A stretch of 64,000 nt of DNA from positions 2,944,001-3,008,000 of the forward strand of contig CAXXMD010000003.1 in the NCBI GenBank assembly GCA_963675755.2. The letters run 5' to 3'. Shown in pieces: positions 49,489-59,391 of the stretch. Origin of the DNA: a bacterium (GTDB lineage Bacteria > Zhuqueibacterota > Zhuqueibacteria > Residuimicrobiales > Krinioviventaceae). The notes beneath the pieces are model-generated. The model saw only the letters and a program-made list of their open reading frames with translations. It ran no database searches and was not told where the DNA came from. The position numbers were made by a program, and so were the translations under genes. The stretch's first letter is position 1; every line of letters starts with the position of its first letter.

Positions 49489-49494
49489 TTTGAG

Positions 49495-50250
49495 GTGGGT
49501 TTGAGTAAATTATCAAAAAAACATTATAGCTATTCCCTATATGCAGACAAGAAATTTGCAAGTGATTATGAGCAGGATCGATTTGGTAAGGGATTTGGAA
49601 CGTTTTTAAAAAGTTATGAAATTGAATTATATACCAAGTTGCTCCCTAAATTTGACCGTATGCTGGATGTAGGCGCAGGTACGGGTAAAATTGCTGCCAA
49701 GTTTGCAAAGCGCGGGCGCGTAGTGGCAAGCGATGCATCCTTCGAGATGTTGAAAAATGCACGGGATTTAGCCAAAGAAGATCATATCTATTTTGATGTT
49801 GTTGTTTGCGATGCACACCATCTCTGTTTCAAAGATGAGGCGTTTGATGCTGTTGTCTCTTCCCGGGTTTTGATGCATGTTATCGACTGGAAACTCATGA
49901 TCAAAGAATTGTGCAGAGTGTCCTCCAATGCGGTTTGTCTTGATTTTCCCGCGTATTGGAGTTTTTCACTCTTTGAACGTATAATGAGAAAACTTGCCCG
50001 AATTCTTATTCCACGTGTTCAGAGTTACCGTGGATTTGCATCCAAGACGGTTGCGCAAGAGTTTATTGAGCTGGATTTTGACCCGACTGTTAAATTGAAA
50101 AGTTTTTTTCTACCCGTAGCTGTTTACAGGCTTGTAAATGCACCCCGAATGACATTTAAACTAGAGCGGTTCTGGGGAAAACTGGGATTCACCCGATTTT
50201 TTGGAAATCCTGTAACCTATAGATTCGATAAAAAAGTGGGGGATGCATGA
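49495..50250 (+). CDS. Class I SAM-dependent methyltransferase
   Basis: LDVGAGTG, D.S.EML, DAH.L.F.D..FD, RVLMH. Confidence 0.88.
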   Translation: MGLSKLSKKHYSYSLYADKKFASDYEQDRFGKGFGTFLKSYEIELYTKLLPKFDRMLDVGAGTGKIAAKFAKRGRVVASDASFEMLKNARDLAKEDHIYFDVVVCDAHHLCFKDEAFDAVVSSRVLMHVIDWKLMIKELCRVSSNAVCLDFPAYWSFSLFERIMRKLARILIPRVQSYRGFASKTVAQEFIELDFDPTVKLKSFFLPVAVYRLVNAPRMTFKLERFWGKLGFTRFFGNPVTYRFDKKVGDA

Positions 50251-51911
50251 TTAAAAGAGATATAGAAGCACTGAACCAGCCCTTTGATGTGATTGTCGTT
50301 GGTGGTGGAATGTATGGTGCAGCTATGGTATGGGAAGCGGTTTCTCGCGGCTACAAGGTTGCATTGCTGGAAAAAGATGATTTTTCTTCAAATACTTCTG
50401 CTAATAGCTTGAAGATTATTCATGGTGGATTGCGATATCTACAATCCCTCGATATCAAGCGTGTTCTCGAATCTGTACGTGAACGCAAAATCATGTTAAA
50501 AATTGCTCCCCATCTTGTGCAGCCATTACAGAGTGTTATGCCTACTTATGGCTTGACCATGAAGAGCAAGCACGTTATGTGGGCAGGAATGCTTGTGAAT
50601 GATATCCTCAGTTTTAACCGTAACAGTGGTGTTGATTCTGAGCGTCACTTACCCAATTGTAAAGTAATTTCCCGGTCAGAAGCGGCAGCCATGATGCCCA
50701 AATTGACCGACGATCATTTTACCGGTGCTGCTTGCTGGTACGACGGCCAGGCATATAATACCGAAAGACTGGCACTTGCTTTTACAAGCTCTGCGGCTGA
50801 AAAAGGTGCTGTCACTGCAAATTATGTTCAGGTTACAGATTTCATTATAGAAAATGATACTATAACCGGTGTTTGTGCTATAGACCGTTTGAGCGGAATG
50901 GAGCTCAAAGTTAATGCCAAACAGGTTATTACCACAGCAGGACCCTGGACTAATACCATGAATGAATTGCTGGGTGACCGAAAACCCGCAAAATTTATCC
51001 TTTCAAAAGCTATTAATTTGATAATAAAACGCAAAATCAATTCAGATACCGCACTGGGTATTACCAGCAAGATTGTTTACGAAAAGGGTGTGAAAAAAGA
51101 ACGCAGCAAGAGGCGTCAATTGTTTATTACTCCCTGGCGGGATTATACGGTTGTAGGCACAACGCACCTGCCTTATGATGGAAAGCCTGACGAATATCGT
51201 GTTAGTGAGTCAGATATTCAGGATTTTATTGCCGAATTGAACGATATTATGCCAGAGATCAATCTTTCAAGAGATGATGTGACTTTTTTCAATGGTGGTG
51301 TATTGCCCCTTGCGGAAGAGCCGGTACCAGGTCAGGATGTGAAATTGCTGGGACATTATCGTGTTTTGGATTCTGAAAAAGAATCCGGTATAAAAGGTTT
51401 GATTAATGTTATAGGTGTTAAATATACTACCGCACGTGATGTTGCGGAAAAAGTAATGGACGAGGTCGTAGCCAAACTGGGTAAAAGCAGTAAAGCATTT
51501 TCAACACGCGAAACACCGCTATCAGGCGGAATTATTAATAATGTAAAAACATTTTTTGAACAAAAACCCGAACACGGATTGTCTGAATCTGTCTTTGAAT
51601 CCTTATTGTACAATTATGGAACGCGTTACAGCGAAATTGTTGATTTGTTAAAAAATGATGCGGATCTCGCCGAGCCGGTTGATACGGATTCACATGTTAT
51701 TAAAGCCCAGGTTATTTATGCTGTACGCAAAGAGAGTGCTCAAAAATTGTCTGATGTGGTGCTTCGCAGGACTGATCTTGGCAGCGGTGAACAGCCATCT
51801 GATAAAGCTCTAAAGACTTGTGCCGATTTAATGGCCAAAGAACTGGGCTGGGATGAAAAACGGATAGAATCTGAAATCGATGAAACCAAAGCGGTATATA
51901 TCCCCGCATAG
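50247..51911 (+). CDS. FAD-dependent glycerol-3-phosphate dehydrogenase/oxidase-family protein (GlpD-like)
   Basis: VVGGGMYG, TS.NS.KIIHGGLRYL, GTT, KYTT.R..AE, DVVLRRT.LG. Confidence 0.88.
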   Translation: MIKRDIEALNQPFDVIVVGGGMYGAAMVWEAVSRGYKVALLEKDDFSSNTSANSLKIIHGGLRYLQSLDIKRVLESVRERKIMLKIAPHLVQPLQSVMPTYGLTMKSKHVMWAGMLVNDILSFNRNSGVDSERHLPNCKVISRSEAAAMMPKLTDDHFTGAACWYDGQAYNTERLALAFTSSAAEKGAVTANYVQVTDFIIENDTITGVCAIDRLSGMELKVNAKQVITTAGPWTNTMNELLGDRKPAKFILSKAINLIIKRKINSDTALGITSKIVYEKGVKKERSKRRQLFITPWRDYTVVGTTHLPYDGKPDEYRVSESDIQDFIAELNDIMPEINLSRDDVTFFNGGVLPLAEEPVPGQDVKLLGHYRVLDSEKESGIKGLINVIGVKYTTARDVAEKVMDEVVAKLGKSSKAFSTRETPLSGGIINNVKTFFEQKPEHGLSESVFESLLYNYGTRYSEIVDLLKNDADLAEPVDTDSHVIKAQVIYAVRKESAQKLSDVVLRRTDLGSGEQPSDKALKTCADLMAKELGWDEKRIESEIDETKAVYIPA

Positions 51912-51926
51912 ATAAAAAGGAACGAG

Positions 51927-52931
51927 ATGAGCAAACTTGCACTGGTTACCGGTGCTTCCGGTTTTACCGGAAGTTATATGGTTAAAAATCTCCATGAACA
52001 TGGCTATAAAGTCCGGGCAATGGTGCGTTCTACCAGCAATACACATGAACTGGATGGTCTGGATGTTGAACTGGTATCCGGTGATCTCTTGAATCAGGCC
52101 GATGTCGAGAATGCGGTAAAAGGTGTTGATGTTGTGTATCATATTGCTGCATTTTATCGTTCTGCTAATGAACCGGACCAGGTTTATAGAGATGTAAATG
52201 TAACCGGTACCCGCTATATTTTTGATGCAGTTTTAAAACACAATGTGGAACGAGTTGTGTATTGTAGTACTGTAGGTGTACATGGACATGTTGATAATCC
52301 CCCTGCTGATGAAAATGCTCCTTTAAAACCGGGAGATATTTATCAGATCACCAAGGTTGAAGCCGAAGCCCTTGCTATGCAATATTACAAGGAAAAGAAT
52401 CTACCGGTTACCATTGTTCGTCCTACCGGTATATATGGCCCTGGCGATTTGAGGATGTTAAAACTGTACAGAATGGTGCAGAAAAAGCGTTTCCTGATGC
52501 TGGGCAATAAAGATCCGTTTTATCATTTGACCTATGTTACCGATATCGTTGAAGGTTTTCGCCTGGCGGGAGAGAATTCCAATTCAATTGGTCAGGCATA
52601 TATCATTGCCGGTGAGCCTTATATAACCCTGAAACAGTTTGCGGAAACTATAGCAAGCGTACTCAAAATAGATCTTAAAATTGTAAAATTTCCTTTATGG
52701 CCTGTTTATGCAGCTGGCTATGTGTGCGAAAAAATTTGTGTACCTTTGCGTGTACAACCCCCAATCTTTAGAAGACGTGTAGATATTTATGTTAAAGATC
52801 GTGCTTTTGATTGTTCTAAAGCAAAGAATGAACTGGGTTATAAACCCCAGGTAACTCCGGATGAAGGTATTCGACGCACCGCAGAATGGTATATAGAAAA
52901 AGGATACCTGACACCTGTTAATTCAAACTAA
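51927..52931 (+). CDS. NAD-dependent epimerase/dehydratase (extended SDR)
   Basis: TGASGFTG, STVGVHG, YQITK, RP.GIYGPGD. Confidence 0.88.
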   Translation: MSKLALVTGASGFTGSYMVKNLHEHGYKVRAMVRSTSNTHELDGLDVELVSGDLLNQADVENAVKGVDVVYHIAAFYRSANEPDQVYRDVNVTGTRYIFDAVLKHNVERVVYCSTVGVHGHVDNPPADENAPLKPGDIYQITKVEAEALAMQYYKEKNLPVTIVRPTGIYGPGDLRMLKLYRMVQKKRFLMLGNKDPFYHLTYVTDIVEGFRLAGENSNSIGQAYIIAGEPYITLKQFAETIASVLKIDLKIVKFPLWPVYAAGYVCEKICVPLRVQPPIFRRRVDIYVKDRAFDCSKAKNELGYKPQVTPDEGIRRTAEWYIEKGYLTPVNSN

Positions 52932-52937
52932 TGGTGG

Positions 52938-53681
52938 ATGATTATGAGTGAACAAACACCCATCGGAATTCAACGTGACCTGCATGACCAGTCTCAGGGC
53001 AAACTAGGGAAATACTGCAGCCTTGTGGTTGGTAAAAATGGGCTGGGCCCATTAATCAAATACGAGTTGGTGCAAATGTTGAGCACCGCAGTGCCTGGTG
53101 CCTTTGGTTTGTTACTGCGCAGCAAGCTGTACAAGTCTCTGTTGGGTTCGTGTGGCCGCAATGTCAATTTTGGCATGAATGTTATCCTTCGTCATCCGCA
53201 TAAAATACACATTGGTGATAATGTTAATATAGATGATAATTGCTTAATAGATGCAAAAGGGACTGAAAATACCGGCATTTCCATAGGCTCCGGTTCTTTT
53301 ATAGGCAGGAATACTATACTCAGTTGTAAAAACGGTGATATTGAGATTGGTGAAAATGCCAATATCGGATTCAATTGTGAAATTTTTTCCGCAAGCAAGG
53401 TCACGCTTGGCAAGAACAATCTGTTTGCAGCTTATTGCTACCTAATTGGCGGCGAGCATACCTATGACCGAACAGATGTTTCGGTTTTAGAGCAGGAACG
53501 GATTTCACGAGGGATCACTATTGAAGATAATGTCTGGCTGGGTGCATCTGTCAAAGTAAACGATGGGGTTACCATTGGTAGAGATTCAATTATCGGTACA
53601 TCGGCAGTGGTAAGAGAGGATGTACCTGAATTCAGTATTGCTGTAGGAATACCGGCCAAAGTGGTGAAAAGCAGAAAGTAA
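52938..53681 (+). CDS. Hexapeptide-repeat (LbH) acyltransferase
   Basis: IG.N..I hexapeptide repeats, IEDNVWLG, G.PAKV. Confidence 0.88.
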   Translation: MIMSEQTPIGIQRDLHDQSQGKLGKYCSLVVGKNGLGPLIKYELVQMLSTAVPGAFGLLLRSKLYKSLLGSCGRNVNFGMNVILRHPHKIHIGDNVNIDDNCLIDAKGTENTGISIGSGSFIGRNTILSCKNGDIEIGENANIGFNCEIFSASKVTLGKNNLFAAYCYLIGGEHTYDRTDVSVLEQERISRGITIEDNVWLGASVKVNDGVTIGRDSIIGTSAVVREDVPEFSIAVGIPAKVVKSRK

Positions 53682-53684
53682 AAC

Positions 53685-54911
53685 ATGCAATTGTCTGGCT
53701 CAAATGGAATTCAAAAAAATTATATACTACTGGCAGTTTTGATTCTTGTCTTTATTGCCGGAATCTGGCCGCAATTGAAAAATGATACAGGTGATTTAAA
53801 TTTCTATGTGCACCAGGCAGATGCCTTTTTGCATGGTCGTTTGGATATAGCCCCCCAGAAATATGATACCGCGTATTATAATGGCAAGTATTATGTACCT
53901 TATCCCCCGGTGCCTGCTATTCTGTTGTTACCCTTTGTCGCTATATTGGGTATTGCTGGTACAAAGGTTATGTGGATCAGTTTAATTATTACCATTCTCA
54001 ATATTTTTGTTTTACGTGATATTTTTAAATGGTTAAATGTGAAAAAAGAACTTGTTCCCTGGCTTCTGGTTGCCTTTTTTACCGGCACGGCTTATTGGAT
54101 GGTTCTAAGATATACCACAACAGTCTATTACTTTGCACATATAGTATCTGTTTCTGCCTTGCTATTGGCTATACGTGAAGGATTTGGAAAAGGACGCGGC
54201 TGGTTGGCAGGTTTGTTTCTTGCTATGGCGATTTTGTCCCGGCAGCTGATGGTGTACAGTACGCTCTTTATGATTGTTGTTTTGTGGCAAGGGTATAAAG
54301 GAAAATCCAACAAATCCAGAATTCTCAATATGGCAGGATTTTTCGCAGTGTTGGGCATCTTCTTTTTTGCATACCTGGGATTCAATTATGTGCGTTTTGG
54401 TAATCCTTTGGATACCGGTTATATGTACATCCAGTTTACTCCTTTTTTGAAATTACGAATAGAGAAATATGGTTTATTCAATATAGCATATGTTCCATTT
54501 AATTTTATAAACCTGTTTTTACAGGGCTTTCATGTTAACTTTAGTCAGCCCTTGTTGTTACGCATTGTCGATGTAGACCATTTTGGTACATCCATAACCT
54601 TTGCGAGTCCCTTTGTTTTTGCTGCATTTTGGGCAAAGGGAGACCGCGCAATTATCCGTGCTGCCTGGATTTCGATTTGTCTTGCTATACTGCATATGTT
54701 GTTTTATCATAATAATGGTTGGTATCAGATCAATGCGCACCGTTTTACGCTGGACTTTTTACCGGTTCTGATGGTGCTGGTTGCTTTGAGTGCTCAATCT
54801 GTACATCAAAAATTGTTCAAATTTGGTATTATTTATTCATCGGTATTGAATATTTTAGCTTTATTACTGGTTCCACTTTTAGCTGCTGTCTTGAAATTTA
54901 TTGTAAAATAA
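53685..54911 (+). CDS. Polytopic membrane protein, putative GT-C fold glycosyltransferase
   Basis: About 10 TMs, QADAFLHGRL, YYNGKYY.PYPP.PA, NY.RFGNPLDTGY, RFTLD. Confidence 0.65.
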   Translation: MQLSGSNGIQKNYILLAVLILVFIAGIWPQLKNDTGDLNFYVHQADAFLHGRLDIAPQKYDTAYYNGKYYVPYPPVPAILLLPFVAILGIAGTKVMWISLIITILNIFVLRDIFKWLNVKKELVPWLLVAFFTGTAYWMVLRYTTTVYYFAHIVSVSALLLAIREGFGKGRGWLAGLFLAMAILSRQLMVYSTLFMIVVLWQGYKGKSNKSRILNMAGFFAVLGIFFFAYLGFNYVRFGNPLDTGYMYIQFTPFLKLRIEKYGLFNIAYVPFNFINLFLQGFHVNFSQPLLLRIVDVDHFGTSITFASPFVFAAFWAKGDRAIIRAAWISICLAILHMLFYHNNGWYQINAHRFTLDFLPVLMVLVALSAQSVHQKLFKFGIIYSSVLNILALLLVPLLAAVLKFIVK

Positions 54912-54920
54912 AGGTAAAGC

Positions 54921-56057
54921 GTGACAGATAACAAATACAATATTCTTCATGTGATTGATAAATTTTCAATGGACGGAGTGAATCCAAGCAGCTGCGCCTA
55001 CCTGATCCGTGACTGGCACCGTTATGCAAATAAAGACCATTTCAATGTGATGGCATGTGGACTAAAAGCCGAAGAACCAGCGGGTGAGATTTATCGTAAA
55101 TCGGGTATTCCGGTTTTCTTTTTGGGTAATGGCAAATATTCTCCCGGAAATGTTACCGGGCTCATGCGTCTGATTGACTGGGAAAAGATTGACTTGCTGC
55201 ATTTGCATGGATACAGTTCTGCAAATTTTGGACGAATTGCAGCGAAACTGAAAAAGATTCCCAATATTGTGCATGAACATGCTATTCTAAAAATTTTACC
55301 GCATCAATATATTGCGGATCTGCTGCTAAAAGGTTTAACCGACTGCGGTGTTGCGGTATCGGGCGCGGTTAAAGATTTTATGGTTTCCGGTAGGCATGTA
55401 CCCAGGAAAAAAATTAAGGTGGTTTATAATGGTGTGAATTTGCATAAATTTGTCAAGAGCGATCCAGAGTCTGTTGCCAATCTACGTCATGAATTGGGAT
55501 TATTGCCCGATCATTTTATAATAGGGAATCTGACACGATTACGTGAAGAAAAGGGCAATGCGGTACTGATAGAGGCGATGAAATCTATTGTTGCAAAGCA
55601 TCCCATGGTGAGACTGGTTATTGCAGGTGACGGCCCGGAAAAGCAGGAACTTGAAACGCTGGTTCATAATCTGGAGCTTGATGAATATGTAAAGCTGGTT
55701 GGTTTTCGACGTGATATCATGGAGCTTTTAACTCTGTTTGATTTGATGGCAATTCCTTCTCTGAATGAAGGTTTTGGCCTGGTTCTTGTAGAAGCTTTGG
55801 CAATGGAATTGCCTTCTGTTTGCTCACATGTTGGTGGTTTGGTAGAAATTGCCGGAGAACCTCCTTGTGCGCAGCTGGTTCCCGCAGGAGATTCTGATTT
55901 GCTTGCACAAGGGATTCTTGAATTGATAGAAAAACCCAATATGGCAAGACGAATGGCACAACGGGGATTAATTGAAAGTCAGAAATTCAGTATTGAAAAC
56001 AATGTAACTCGACTTGAAGAAATTTATTTGTCCCTTCTTGAAAAGAAGGATTATTAA
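54921..56057 (+). CDS. Glycosyltransferase family 4
   Basis: HEH, VSGAV, NGV, RLREEKG, EGFGLVLVEALA (EX7E). Confidence 0.9.
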   Translation: MTDNKYNILHVIDKFSMDGVNPSSCAYLIRDWHRYANKDHFNVMACGLKAEEPAGEIYRKSGIPVFFLGNGKYSPGNVTGLMRLIDWEKIDLLHLHGYSSANFGRIAAKLKKIPNIVHEHAILKILPHQYIADLLLKGLTDCGVAVSGAVKDFMVSGRHVPRKKIKVVYNGVNLHKFVKSDPESVANLRHELGLLPDHFIIGNLTRLREEKGNAVLIEAMKSIVAKHPMVRLVIAGDGPEKQELETLVHNLELDEYVKLVGFRRDIMELLTLFDLMAIPSLNEGFGLVLVEALAMELPSVCSHVGGLVEIAGEPPCAQLVPAGDSDLLAQGILELIEKPNMARRMAQRGLIESQKFSIENNVTRLEEIYLSLLEKKDY

Positions 56058-56080
56058 GAATAAAAAAAAGAGGGCTGTAA

Positions 56081-57100
56081 ATGAGATCTGCTATTGTAGG
56101 TTGTGGAAATATATCCCGGTTTCATATTCATGGTATCAGCACCTCTCCGTTGGCGTATCTCGCCGCGGTTTGTGATACCAATGCAGAACTTGCGGAAAGC
56201 AAGGCAAAGGAACTGGGAGTAAAAGCGTATACCCAGGTTGACGAAATGCTTGAAAACGAAGAACTGGATGTAATACATGTTCTGGTTCCACCGCAATATC
56301 ATAAAGATGTTGCCGTTAAAGCAATGTCCCGGGGTGTGCATGTATTGGTAGAAAAACCCATGGCGGTATCTACCAAAGATGCTGATGCCATGATTGCCGC
56401 GGCAGAGGAGAACAATGTAAAGTTGTGTGTAAACCACAACATGACCTATGAACCCTCCTATGTTAAAACCAGAGATCTGGTAAATAGCTATGAATTTGGC
56501 GAACTCTTGCACATTGATGCATTTATGGCATTCGATCTGAGACGTACTCTAGGTGAAGGCGGCTTGGACTCTGTTTGGCAAAGTCAGTTAAAAGGACATT
56601 TCCTGCAGGACTTGTTACCTCATCCCGCATCTATGGTATTAGAGCTTTTACGTGGTTACTCCAAGGCGAATGTTATCTATAGAAAAGATGCAAATGATCG
56701 CTTGAAAGATCAGGCCAACATAATGCTTGAATCTCAATTGGCAACTGCCAACATTACCCTGTCCTTATCTGCACAACCCGATGTGTTTGGAATGACTTTG
56801 TATGGAACCAAGATGATACTAAAGTCTGATTTTTCAAATATGAGCGTTGTGAAACAAAAAACCTATAAAGTACCAAGAAAACTGATGCGCGGTGTAGACA
56901 GCATTTCACAATCCATGCAGATTTTCGGAAACACTGTTGGCACAACTGTGGGCCTGGCGTTGAAACGCGTTTCCGAAGCGGGTGGTATGGGTGCGTTGAT
57001 ACATGCATTTTATGAAAGCCTAGATAAAGACTGGCCTGTTCCGGTAACCGGTGCGGAAGCCAGAGGCGTTGTTGAATTGTCTGAAAAAATCTGGAAATAA
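56081..57100 (+). CDS. Gfo/Idh/MocA family oxidoreductase
   Basis: IVGCGNIS..H, PP..H, HVLVEKP. Confidence 0.9.
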   Translation: MRSAIVGCGNISRFHIHGISTSPLAYLAAVCDTNAELAESKAKELGVKAYTQVDEMLENEELDVIHVLVPPQYHKDVAVKAMSRGVHVLVEKPMAVSTKDADAMIAAAEENNVKLCVNHNMTYEPSYVKTRDLVNSYEFGELLHIDAFMAFDLRRTLGEGGLDSVWQSQLKGHFLQDLLPHPASMVLELLRGYSKANVIYRKDANDRLKDQANIMLESQLATANITLSLSAQPDVFGMTLYGTKMILKSDFSNMSVVKQKTYKVPRKLMRGVDSISQSMQIFGNTVGTTVGLALKRVSEAGGMGALIHAFYESLDKDWPVPVTGAEARGVVELSEKIWK

Positions 57101-57111
57101 AGGAGCACATC

Positions 57112-58101
57112 ATGAAAGTCCTAGTAACGGGAGCATCTGGTTTTTTAGGCAGCCGTTTGGTTGAGGTGCTAGTAGAAAAGAAATATGATGTAAAGGCAAT
57201 GGTAAGGCAGCAAAGTAATCGGGAGCATCTCGATAAATTGCCGGTTGAGATCTTTACCGGAGACCTGAAAGATAAATCTACACTCCAGGGTATTATGGAT
57301 GGAGTGGATGTTGTTATACATGCCGGTGCAACCACTTTCGGCACATTTGAAGAACAAAAACAAGGTACCATTGAAGGTACGCGCTACATGCTTGATCTTG
57401 CTGAAGAAGCGGGTGTCAAGAAATTTATTCACATCAGTTCACTTACGGTTTACGATATCAACAACGTACCCAATAATGCATTGATCAATGAGGCGTATCC
57501 CATTGAGCCTTACCCCGAAAAAGTGGGACCTTATGCATATACCAAAACCGAGAGTGAAAAGCTGGTGCAGGAACGTATGAAAAAAGAAACCCTGCCAATA
57601 ACCATTGTTCGTCCGGGATTGGTTTATGGTTCACGCCGTAATATGTTTTTCCCGCACCTGGGATTTTCTGCTGGTGGCGGCAAACTGATTGTAACAATTG
57701 GTTGGGAAAGTAAAGTATTGCCCCTTACTTATTTATACAATACATGTGAAGTGATTGCACGGCTTATAGAGCATGATCGTGCGGTTGGACAAATTTACAA
57801 CATTGTAGATCCCAAAACCATTACTTATAAACAATACCTGAATTATTATTTACGCGCTATGAGAATGAAAAGTATTGTCGTTCCTTTCCCATACACACTG
57901 TTAAAGCTTGTGGCGTTTGGTTTTGAAATGTTGAACAAGATACCGCCATTAAAAGGCAAATTCGGTATGAGTCGTTATCGTTTGAATCCTAAATTCAAAA
58001 AAGTAAGATTTGACGGTTCTCTGGTACTCAAAGAATTAAACTGGTACCCCGAATTGTCTCTTGATGAATCCCTGCATCGTGCATTTCATGAGGATGAGTA
58101 A
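57112..58101 (+). CDS. NAD-dependent epimerase/dehydratase
   Basis: TGASGFLG, HISSLTVY, YAYTK, RPGLVYG. Confidence 0.88.
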   Translation: MKVLVTGASGFLGSRLVEVLVEKKYDVKAMVRQQSNREHLDKLPVEIFTGDLKDKSTLQGIMDGVDVVIHAGATTFGTFEEQKQGTIEGTRYMLDLAEEAGVKKFIHISSLTVYDINNVPNNALINEAYPIEPYPEKVGPYAYTKTESEKLVQERMKKETLPITIVRPGLVYGSRRNMFFPHLGFSAGGGKLIVTIGWESKVLPLTYLYNTCEVIARLIEHDRAVGQIYNIVDPKTITYKQYLNYYLRAMRMKSIVVPFPYTLLKLVAFGFEMLNKIPPLKGKFGMSRYRLNPKFKKVRFDGSLVLKELNWYPELSLDESLHRAFHEDE

Positions 58102-58111
58102 TTAACGCCTT

Positions 58112-59131
58112 ATGAAGCAAAAAATTTCAAAGCAATTAAAATTGATTGGTAGAGTGGCCCTTAGCGGGGCCATTCTTTTGTATTTAATCAGCAAAATAGA
58201 TTTTGCTGCTGCCAAAGACAGTCTGTCAACACTCAATTTCGGTTTTCTTGCCCTGGCTCTGGTACCATCGGTTGTAGAGTTGATTTTAAAATCGTTAAAG
58301 TGGCAAATGCTATTACGGATCAAAAATATTCGTGTGCCTTTTTACGAAATTTTCAAGATTTATTATATCAGCAGTTTTATTGGTACGTTTTTACCATCCA
58401 GTCTGGGAATTGATGTATTGCGCTCTTATAGCATGTCACGATTCATTAGAAATGCCCAGGAATCTGTATCAACGGTTTTTGTCGACAGATTGTTGGGTGT
58501 GTTATCGCTTGTTTTTGTTGTATTGATGGGGGTTTTGTCAGTACGGACAACATTGGTTAACAATATGTGGCAGTTTGTTTTAACCATTGTTGGGGTAATT
58601 TTTATCTTATTTACGGGGCTAATCTTGTCCCGGCATTTGATTGTATTACTTGAAAAGATATTAAAGCAGTTCCGTATTAAACCGGAAAAGATTCGGAAAT
58701 ATATAGACTTGTTGCACAATATATATAATTCCATAATTGATTTTAAAAACAACAAAGTACAGGTTTTCAAAGTTTTTCTCGTTTCTATCATTTTTCAATT
58801 CAGTCGTATTGCCATTACCTGGTGTGTAGGTTTGTCTTTTGGAATTGATCTTAGTATAAAATATTGGATCATTATCGTTCCTTTGGTAACACTTGCCACC
58901 ATGCTGCCGCTGGCAGTAGGAGGGATTGGTATTCGTGAAGGGGCATTTGTTTTCTTTTTGAATAAAATGGGTGTACCTATTGAAACCGGCTTTTTGTTAT
59001 CCATTACCGTATTTCTGCTCGCTGTATTTACCGCCATTCCCGGATTTGGTTTTTATCTGCGGTACGGAATTAACACTTCTAAGGACAATGATACCAATTT
59101 CAAAAATGACCCAAATGTGCAACAGAATTGA
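58112..59131 (+). CDS. Lysylphosphatidylglycerol-synthase-TM / UPF0104 flippase-like protein
   Basis: KW..LL, FLPSSLG.D.LR, VDRL.G, LP...GGIG.REG. Confidence 0.85.
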   Translation: MKQKISKQLKLIGRVALSGAILLYLISKIDFAAAKDSLSTLNFGFLALALVPSVVELILKSLKWQMLLRIKNIRVPFYEIFKIYYISSFIGTFLPSSLGIDVLRSYSMSRFIRNAQESVSTVFVDRLLGVLSLVFVVLMGVLSVRTTLVNNMWQFVLTIVGVIFILFTGLILSRHLIVLLEKILKQFRIKPEKIRKYIDLLHNIYNSIIDFKNNKVQVFKVFLVSIIFQFSRIAITWCVGLSFGIDLSIKYWIIIVPLVTLATMLPLAVGGIGIREGAFVFFLNKMGVPIETGFLLSITVFLLAVFTAIPGFGFYLRYGINTSKDNDTNFKNDPNVQQN

Positions 59132-59226
59132 AATAGAGTGGGACATTTTTATTCGAATTTATTCGCTATAAAGACACCAATGGAGTAACTGTTAAAAACT
59201 GCAAATATTTTTTGCCCACATAGCCC

Positions 59227-59239
59227 TAACCTATTGTTT
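59227..59239 (-). promoter_or_regulatory. Possible IHF site upstream of the sigma54 promoter
   Basis: Minus strand AAACAATAGGTTA, one mismatch to WATCAANNNNTTR, about 65 bp upstream of the -24 element. Confidence 0.35.
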
Positions 59240-59303
59240 TTATTCGATTGAAAATAAGGCAACTTGACCAAATTGACTCTTGGGGAAACGCTGCTTGTTG
59301 AAT

Positions 59304-59320
59304 CTGGCATAGTCATTGCT
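59304..59320 (+). promoter_or_regulatory. Sigma54 (-24/-12) promoter
   Basis: CTGGCAT-AGTCA-TTGCT with exact GG-N10-GC spacing, in the 260-bp intergenic gap. Confidence 0.75.
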
Positions 59321-59391
59321 TAATAATCGATGGTAATAGTATTATTGCTACTTATATCCTTTGATATAATTAAGAACCATGGAGAGATAAT

